A DNA stretch of 64,000 nt, from assembly GCA_964016885.1 (NCBI GenBank), contig OZ024742.1, positions 374,728,001 through 374,792,000 on the forward strand. The letters are read 5' to 3'. The translations under genes were made by a program, and so were the position numbers. This document shows, in pieces, positions 55,406-64,000 of this stretch. The stretch comes from Eledone cirrhosa (lineage: Eukaryota). A model generated the notes under the pieces. It worked only from the letters and a program-made list of their open reading frames with translations, searched no databases and was not told where the DNA came from. The stretch's first letter is position 1, and each line of letters starts with the position of its first letter.

Positions 55406-58008
55406 CCTGGAGATAGACAGACAGCTAAGATGACTGTGTCTCACTCATAGGACTGTCATGTTCTGGGGAAAGACAGACAGCTAAGATGACAGTGTCTCAC
55501 TCATAGGACTGTCATGTTCTGGGGAAAGACAGACAGCTAAGATGACTGTGTCTCACTGATAGGACTGTCATGTTCGGGGGAGACACAGCTAAGATGACTG
55601 TGTCTCACTCATAGGACTGTCATGTTCTGGGGACAGACAGACAGACAGCTAAGATGACTGTGTCACACTCATAGGACTGTCATGTTCTGGGGATAGATAG
55701 ACAGCTAAGATGACTGTCACACTCATAGGACTGTCCTGTTCTGGGGACAGACAGACAGCTAAGATGACTGTGTCTCACTCATAGGACTGTCATGTTCTGG
55801 GGATAGAAAGACAGCTAAGATGACTGTGTCTCACTCATAGGACTGTCATGTTCTGGGGATAGACAGACAGCTAAGATGACTGTGTCTCACTCATAGGACT
55901 GTCCTGTACTGGGAATAGACAGCTAAGATGGCTGCGTCTCACTCATAGGAGTCATCTTCTGGGGATAGACAGACAGCTAAGTTGACTGTCTCACACATAG
56001 GACTGTCATGTACTTGGGATAGACAGCTAAGATGACAGTGTCTCACTCATAGGACTGTCCTGTTCTGGGGACAGACAGCTAAGATGACTGTCTCACTCAT
56101 AGGACTGTCATGTACTGGGGATTGACATCTAAGATGGCTGCGTCTCACTCATAGGACTGTCATGTTCTAGGGGGACACAGCTAAGATGACTGTGTCTCAC
56201 TCATAGGACTGTCATGTTCTGGGGATAGATAGACAGCTAAGATAACTGTGTCTCACTCATAGGACTGTCATGTTCTGGGGATAGATAGACAGCTAAGATT
56301 ACTGTGTCTCACTCATAGGACTGTCATGTTCTGGGGATAGATAGACAGCTAAGATAACTGTGTCTCACTCATAGGGCTGTCATGTTCTGGGGATAGACAG
56401 ACAGCTAAGATGACTGTGTCTCACTCATAGGACTGTCATGTTCTGGGGATAGATAGACAGCTAAGATGACTGTGTCTCACTCATAGGACTATCATGTTCT
56501 GGGGATAGACAGACAGCTAAGATGACTGTGTCTCACTGATAGGACTGTCATGTTCTGGGGATAGACAGACAGCTAAGATGATTGTGTCTCACTCATAGGA
56601 CTGTCATGTTCTGGGGATAGATAGACAGCTAAGATGACTGTGTCTCACTCATAGGACTGTCATGTTCTGGGGATAGATAGACAGCTAAGATGACTGTGTC
56701 TCACTCATAGGACTGTCATGTTCTGGGGATAGAAAGACAGCTAAGATGACTGTGTCTCACTCATAGGACTGTCATGTTCTGGGGATAGACAGACAGCTAA
56801 GATGACTGTGTCACACTCATAGGACTGTCATGTTCTGGGGATAGATAGACAGCTAAGATGACTGTGTCTCACTCATAGGACTGTCCTGTACTGGGAATAG
56901 ACAGCTAAGATGGCTGCGTCTCACTCATAGGAGTCATCTTCTGGGGATAGACAGACAGCTAAGTTGACTGTCTCACACATAGGACTGTCATGTACTTGGG
57001 ATAGACAGCTAAGATGACAGTGTCTCACTCATAGGACTGTCCTGTTCTGGGGACAGACAGCTAAGATGACTGTCTCACTCATAGGACTGTCATGTACTGG
57101 GGATTGACATCTAAGATGGCTGCGTCTCACTCATAGGACTGTCATGTTCTGGGGATAGGCAGCTAAGATGACTGTGTCTCACTGATAGGACTGTCATGTA
57201 CTTGGGATAGACAGACAGCTAAGATGACTGTGTCTCACTCATAGGACTGTCCTGTTCTGGGGACAGACAGCTAAGATGACTGTCATGTACTAGAGATAGA
57301 CAGCTAAGATGACTGTCTCACTCATAGGACTGTCATGTTCTGGGGATAGACAGCTAAGATGACAGTGTCTCACTCATAGGACTGTTCTGTTCTGGGGACA
57401 GACAGCTAAGATGACTGCGTCTCACTCATAGAACTGTCATGTACTGGGGAAGGACAGTTAGGATGACGTTGTCTCACTCATAGGTCTGTCATGTTCTGGA
57501 GATAGATAGACAGCTAAGATGGCTGTGTCACACTCATAGGACTGTCATGTTCTGGGGACAGACAGACAGCTAAGATGACTGTGTCTCACTGATAGGACTG
57601 TCATGTCCTGGAGATAGACAGACAGCTAAGATGACTGTGTCTCACTCATAGGACTGTCATGTTCTGGGGAAAGACAGACAGCTAAGATGACAGTGTCTCA
57701 CTCATAGGACTGTCATGTTCTGGGGAAAGACAGACAGCTAAGATGACTGTGTCTCACTGATAGGACTGTCATGTTCGGGGGAGACACAGCTAAGATGACT
57801 GTGTCTCACTCATAGGACTGTCATGTTCTGGGGACAGACAGACAGACAGCTAAGATGACTGTGTCACACTCATAGGACTGTCATGTTCTGGGGATAGATA
57901 GACAGCTAAGATGACTGTCACACTCATAGGACTGTCCTGTTCTGGGGACAGACAGACAGCTAAGATGACTGTGTCTCACTCATAGGACTGTCATGTTCTG
58001 GGGATAGA
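53552..58008 (+). repeat. Tandem segmental duplication, offset 2201 bp (about 53552-55800 vs 55753-58008)
   Basis: TAGAAAGACAG 53603/55804, ATGACTGTCAT 55075/57276, and the (GACA)4 monomer at about 55632/57833. Confidence 0.9.
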
Positions 58009-59409
58009 TAGACAGCTAAGATGACTGTCACACTCATAGGACTGTCCTGTTCTGGGGACAGACAGACAGCTAAGATGTCTGTGTCTCACTCATAGGACTG
58101 TCATGTTCTGGGGACAGACAGACAGCTAAGATGACTGTGTCACACTCATAGGACTGTCATGTTCTGGGGATAGATAGACAGCTAAGATGACTGTCACACT
58201 CATAGGACTGTCCTGTTCTGGGGACAGACAGCTAAGATGACTGTGTCTCACTCATAGGAGTCATCTTCTGGGGATAGACAGACAGCTAAGATGACTGTCT
58301 CACTCATAGGACTGTCATGTACTTGGGATAGACAGCTAAGATGACAGTGTCTCACTCATAGGACTGTCCTGTTCTGGGGACAGACAGCTAAGATGAATGT
58401 CTCACTCATAGGACTGTCATGTACTGGGGATAGACAGCTAAGATGGCTGCGTCTCACTCATAGGAGTCATCTTCTGGGGATAGACAGCTAAGTTGACTGT
58501 CTCACTCATAGGACTGTCATGTTCTGGGGATAGACAGCTAAGATGACAGTGTCTCACTCATAGGACTGTCCTGTTCTGGGGACAGACAGCTAAGATGACA
58601 GTGTCTCACTCATAGGACTGTCCTGTTCTGGGGACAGACAGCTAAGATGACTGTCTCACTCATAGGACTGTCATGTTCTGGGGACAGACAGCTAAGATGG
58701 CTGCGTCTCACTCATAGGACTGTCATGTTCTGGAGACAGACAGCTAAGCTGACAGTGTCTCACTCATAGGACTGTTCTGTTCTGGGGACAGACAGCTAAG
58801 ATGACTGCGTCTCACTCATAGAACTGTCATGTACTGGGGATAGACAGTTAGGATGACGGTGTCTCACTCATAGGTCTGTCATGTTCTGGAGACAGACAGA
58901 CAGCTAAGATGACTGTGTCTCACTCATAGGACTGTCATGTTCTGGGGACAGACAGACAGCTAAGATGACTGTGTCTCACTCATAGGACTGTCATGTCCTG
59001 GGGATAGACAGACAGCTAAGATGACAGTGTCTCACTCATAGGACTGTCATGTTCTGGGGACAGACAGACAGCTAAGATGACTGTGTCTCACTCATAGGAC
59101 TGTCATGTTCTGGGGACAGACAGACAGCTAAGATGACTGTGTCTCACTCATAGGACTGTCATGTCCTGGGGATAGACAGACAGCTAAGATGACAGTGTCT
59201 CACTCATAGGACTGTCATGTTCTGGGGACAGACAGACAGCTAAGATGACTGTGTCTCACTGATAGGACTGTCATGTCCTGGGGATAGACAGACAGCTAAG
59301 ATGACTGTGTCTCACTCATAGGACTGTCATGTTCGGGGGAGACACAGCTAAGATGACTGTGTCTCACTCATAGGACTGTCATGTTCTGGGGACAGACAGA
59401 CAGCTAAGA

Positions 59410-62400
59410 TGACTGTGTCACACTCATAGGACTGTCATGTTCTGGGGATAGATAGACAGCTAAGATGACTGTCTCACTCATAGGACTGTCATGTTCTGGG
59501 GACAGACAGACAGCTAAGATGACTGTGTCACACTCATAGGACTGTCATGTTCTGGGGATAGATAGACAGCTAAGATGACTGTCACACTCATAGGACTGTC
59601 ATGTACTGGGGATAGACAGCTAAGATGACTGTGTCTCACTCATAGGACTGTCCTGTTCTGGGGACAGACAGCTAAGATGACTGTGTCTCACTCATAGGAG
59701 TCATCTTCTGGGGATAGACAGACAGCTAAGATGACTGTCTCACTCATAGGACTGTCATGTACTTGGGATAAACAGCTAAGATGGCTGCGTCTCACTCATA
59801 GGACTGTCCTGTTCTGGGGACAGACAGCTAAGATGACTGTCTCACTCATAGGACTGTTATGTACTGGGGATAGACAGCTAAGATGGCTGCGTCTCACTCA
59901 TAGGACTGTCATGTTCTGGGGACAGACAGCTAAGATGACAGTGTCTCACTCATAGGACTGTTCTGTTCTGGGGATAGACAGACAGCTAAGATGACTGCGT
60001 CTCACTCATAGAACTGTCATGTACTGGGGATAGACAGTTAGGATGACGGTGTCTCACTCATAGGTCTGTCATGTTCTGGAGATAGATAGACAGCTAAGAT
60101 GACTGCGTCTCACTCATAGAACTGTCATGTACTGGGGATAGACAGTTAGGATGACGGTGTCTCACTCATAGGTCTGTCATGTTCTGGAGATAGATAGACA
60201 GCTAAGATGGCTGTGTCACACTCATAGGACTGTCATGTTCTGGGGACAGACAGACAGCTAAGATGACTGTGTCTCACTCATAGGACTGTCATGTCCTGGG
60301 GATAGACAGACAGCTAAGATGACAGTGTCTCACTCATAGGACTGTCATGTTCTGGGGACAGACAGACAGCTAAGATGACTGTGTCTCACTCATAGGACTG
60401 TCATGTCCTGGGTATAGACAGACAGCTAAGATGACTGTATCTCACTCATAGGACTGTCATGTTCTGGGGACAGACAGACAGCTAAGATGACTGTGTCTCA
60501 CTCATAGGACTGTCATATTCTGGGGATAGATAGACAGCTAAGATGACTGTGTCTCACTGATAGGACTGTCATGTTCTGGGGATAGATAGACAGCTAAGAT
60601 GACTGTGTCTCACTCATAGGACTGTCATGTTCTGGGGATAGATAGACAGCTAAGATGACTGTGTCACACTCATAGGACTGTCATGTTCTGGGGATAGACA
60701 GACAGCTAAGATGACTGTCTCACTCATAGGACTGTCATGTTCTGGGGACAGACAGACAGCTAAGATGACTGTGTCTCACTCATAGGACTGTCATGTTCGG
60801 GGGAGACACAGCTAAGATAACTGTGTCTCACTCATAGGACTGTCATGTTCTGGGGAAAGACAGACAGCTAAGATGACTGTGTCTCACTAATAGGACTGTC
60901 ATGTACTGGGGATAGACAGACAGCTAAGATGACTGTGTCTCACTCATAGGACTGTCATGTACTGGGGATAGACAGACAGCTAAGATGACTGTGTCTCACT
61001 AATAGGACTGTCATGTACTGGGGACAGACAGACAGCTAAGATGACAGTGTCTCACTCATAGGACTGTCATGTTCTGGGGACAGACAGACAGCTAAGATGA
61101 CTGTGTCTCACTGATAGGACTGTCATGTTCGGGGGAGACACAGCTAAGATGACTGTGTCTCACTCATAGGACTGTCATGTTCTGGGGACAGACAGACAGC
61201 TAAGATGACTGTGTCACACTCATAGGACTGTCATGTTCTGGGGATAGATAGACAGCTAAGATGACTGTCTCACTCATAGGACTGTCATGTTCTGGGGACA
61301 GACAGACAGCTAAGATGACTGTCACACTCATAGGACTGTCCTGTTCTGGGGACAGACAGCTAAGATGACTGTGTCTCACTCATAGGAGTCATCTTCTGGG
61401 GATAGACAGACAGCTAAGATGACTGTCTCACTCATAGGACTGTCATGTACTGGGGATAGACAGCTAAGATGGCTGCGTCTCACTCATAGGACTGTCCTGT
61501 TCTGGGGACAGACAGCTAAGATGACTGTGTCTCACTCATAGGACTGTCATGTTCTGGGGATAGATAGACAGCTAAGATGACTGTGTCACACTCATAGGAC
61601 TGTCATGTTCTGGGGACAGACAGACAGCTAAGATGATTGTGTCTCACTCATAGGACTGTCATGTTCTGGGGACAGACAGACAGCTAAGATGACTGTGTCT
61701 CACTCATAGGACTGTCATATTCGGGGGAGACACAGCTAAGATGACTGTGTCTCACTCATAGGACTGTCATGTTCTGGGGATAGACAGACAGCTAAGATGA
61801 CTGTGTCTCACTCATAGGACTGTCATGTTCTGGAGATAGATAGACAGCTAAGATTACTGTCTCACTCATAGGACTGTCATGTTCTGGTGAGACACAGCTA
61901 AGATGACTGTGTCTCACTCATAGGACTGTCATGTTCTGGGGATAGACAGACAGCTAAGATGACTGTGTCTCACTGATAGGACTGTCATGTTCTGGGGATA
62001 GACAGACAGCTAAGATGACTGTGTTTCACTCATAGGACTGTCATGTTCTGGGGATAGATAGACAGCTAAGATGACTGTGTCTCACTGATAGGACTGTCAT
62101 GTTCTGGGGATAGACAGCTAAGATGACTGTCTCACTCATAGGACTGTCATGTACTTGGGATAGACAGCTAAGATGACAGTGTCTCACTCATAGGACTGTC
62201 CTGTTCTGGGGATAGACAGACAGCTAAGATGACTGTGTCTCACTCATAGGACTGTCATGTTCTGGAGAGAGACAGCTAAGATGACTGTGTCTCACTCATA
62301 GGACTGTGATGTTCCGGGGACAGATAGACAGCTAAGATGACTGTGTCTCACTCATAGGACTGTCATGTTCTGGGGATAGATAGACAGCTAAGATGACTGT

Positions 62401-64000
62401 CTCGCTCATAGGACTGTCATGTTCTGGGGACAGACAGACAGCTAAGATGACTGTGTCACACTCATAGGACTGTCATGTTCTGGGGATAGATAGACAGCTA
62501 AGATGACTGTCACACTCATAGGACTGTCATGTACTGGGGATAGACAGCTAAGATGACTGTGTCTCACTCATAGGACTGTCCTGTTCTGGGGACAGACAGC
62601 TAAGATGACTGTGTCTCACTCATAGGAGTCATCTTCTGGGGATAGACAGACAGCTAAGATGACTGTCTCACTCATAGGACTGTCATGTACTTGGGATAAA
62701 CAGCTAAGATGGCTGCGTCTCACTCATAGGACTGTCCTGTTCTGGGGACAGACAGCTAAGATGACTGTCTCACTCATAGGACTGTTATGTACTGGGGATA
62801 GACAGCTAAGATGGCTGCGTCTCACTCATAGGACTGTCATGTTCTGGGGACAGACAGCTAAGATGACAGTGTCTCACTCATAGGACTGTTCTGTTCTGGG
62901 GATAGACAGACAGCTAAGATGACTGCGTCTCACTCATAGAACTGTCATGTACTGGGGATAGACAGTTAGGATGACGGTGTCTCACTCATAGGTCTGTCAT
63001 GTTCTGGAGATAGATAGACAGCTAAGATGACTGCGTCTCACTCATAGAACTGTCATGTACTGGGGATAGACAGTTAGGATGACGGTGTCTCACTCATAGG
63101 TCTGTCATGTTCTGGAGATAGATAGACAGCTAAGATGGCTGTGTCACACTCATAGGACTGTCATGTTCTGGGGACAGACAGACAGCTAAGATGACTGTGT
63201 CTCACTCATAGGACTGTCATGTCCTGGGGATAGACAGACAGCTAAGATGACAGTGTCTCACTCATAGGACTGTCATGTTCTGGGGACAGACAGACAGCTA
63301 AGATGACTGTGTCTCACTCATAGGACTGTCATGTCCTGGGTATAGACAGACAGCTAAGATGACTGTATCTCACTCATAGGACTGTCATGTTCTGGGGACA
63401 GACAGACAGCTAAGATGACTGTGTCTCACTAATAGGACTGTCATGTACTGGGGATAGACAGACAGCTAAGATGACTGTGTCTCACTAATAGGACTGTCAT
63501 GTACTGGGGATAGACAGACAGCTAAGATGACTGTGTCTCACTCATAGGACTGTCATGTACTGGGGATAGACAGACAGCTAAGATGACTGTGTCTCACTCA
63601 TAGGACTGTCATGTACTGGGGATAGACAGACAGCTAAGATGACTGTCTCACTCATAGGACTGTCATGTTCTGGGGACAGACAGACAGCTAAGATGACTGT
63701 GTCTCACTCATAGGACTGTCATGTTCGGGGGAGACACAGCTAAGATAACTGTGTCTCACTCATAGGACTGTCATGTTCTGGGGAAAGACAGACAGCTAAG
63801 ATGACTGTGTCTCACTAATAGGACTGTCATGTACTGGGGATAGACAGACAGCTAAGATGACTGTGTCTCACTCATAGGACTGTCATGTACTGGGGATAGA
63901 CAGACAGCTAAGATGACTGTGTCTCACTAATAGGACTGTCATGTACTGGGGACAGACAGACAGCTAAGATGACAGTGTCTCACTCATAGGACTGTCATGT
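59410..64000 (+). repeat. Duplication with offset 2928 bp (about 59.4-61.07 kb vs 62.34-64 kb, truncated by the window edge)
   Basis: Identical 74-aa spurious ORFs at 59731/62659, GCTAAGATAAC 60811/63739, and shared GGATAAACAG, GTTATG and CTGTATCTC variants. Confidence 0.88.

Larger units (their letters stand above)
1..64000 (+). repeat. Tandem satellite DNA array, 56-bp consensus monomer with 50/52/54/60-bp length variants, ~1,150 copies, extends beyond both window edges
   Basis: The monomer GGACTGTCATGTTCTGGGGATAGAYAGACAGCTAAGATGACTGTGTCTCACTCATA recurs head-to-tail on every line from base 1 to 64000. No unique interruption or inversion was seen. Stop codons are frequent on both strands. 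Copy number is an estimate from 64000 divided by about 55.5. Confidence 0.99.

Noticed and set aside
59731-59955. 74-aa ORF MTVSLIGLSCTWDKQLRWLRLTHRTV...
   Set aside because: It lies entirely within satellite monomers. It stays open only because alternating 50+52-bp units (102 bp, a multiple of 3) with the GATGGCTG variant avoid stops. There is no recognisable domain or gene context.
62659-62883. Second identical 74-aa ORF
   Set aside because: It is a passive copy produced by the 2928-bp duplication, so its identity is not evidence of coding selection.
1-64000. CRISPR array or other repeat-spacer system
   Set aside because: There are no unique spacers, the whole period is conserved with only point or slippage variants, and there are no cas or other genes.
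1-64000. Tandem-repeat protein gene or giant repetitive exon
   Set aside because: The 56-bp period is not a multiple of 3, TAG/TAA/TGA occur repeatedly on both strands, and the ORF track shows only two short ORFs.
1-64000. Telomeric repeat or G-quadruplex array
   Set aside because: There is only one GGGG run per ~56 bp and no short TTAGGG-like unit, so runs are too far apart for a canonical intramolecular G4.
1-64000. Rolling-circle or sequencing concatemer artefact
   Set aside because: Variants are inherited in nested, collinear blocks with private SNPs, consistent with a real evolutionary history rather than random error on one template. Individual near-identical duplications could still be assembly artefacts.
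1-64000. A single regular higher-order repeat or an encoded message in variant order
   Set aside because: Block offsets are all different (2201-18434 bp), and variant order is adequately explained by successive duplications and conversions.

Overview
The whole 64-kb window is one uninterrupted head-to-tail tandem satellite array on a single strand orientation. The consensus monomer is 56 bp (GGACTGTCATGTTCTGGGGATAGAYAGACAGCTAAGATGACTGTGTCTCACTCATA, about 46% GC, no CpG), with roughly 1,150 copies estimated from length. I see no unique sequence, no credible gene, RNA gene, transposon or CRISPR array. Length variants arise at two slippage points: the GAYA tract (52/56/60 bp) and the TG tract (54 bp), with both losses giving 50 bp. 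Rare variants reveal a layered history. There are short 3-4-mer higher-order periods, recurrent diverged cassettes (one 310-bp hexamer is present in about 19 copies), nested multi-kb duplications (offsets 2221, 4624, 8175, 3969, ~18.4 kb, 9615/9785, 2201 and 2928 bp), an in-register conversion-like patch and a more diverged domain at the right end. The monomer is quasi-palindromic, and several variants perfect its inverted repeats. This looks like eukaryotic heterochromatic satellite DNA, but I cannot assign the taxon or family from sequence alone. I found no evidence for a novel gene-based system; the interesting signal is in array architecture and evolution. All offsets were read by eye from diagnostic variants, and boundaries are approximate.
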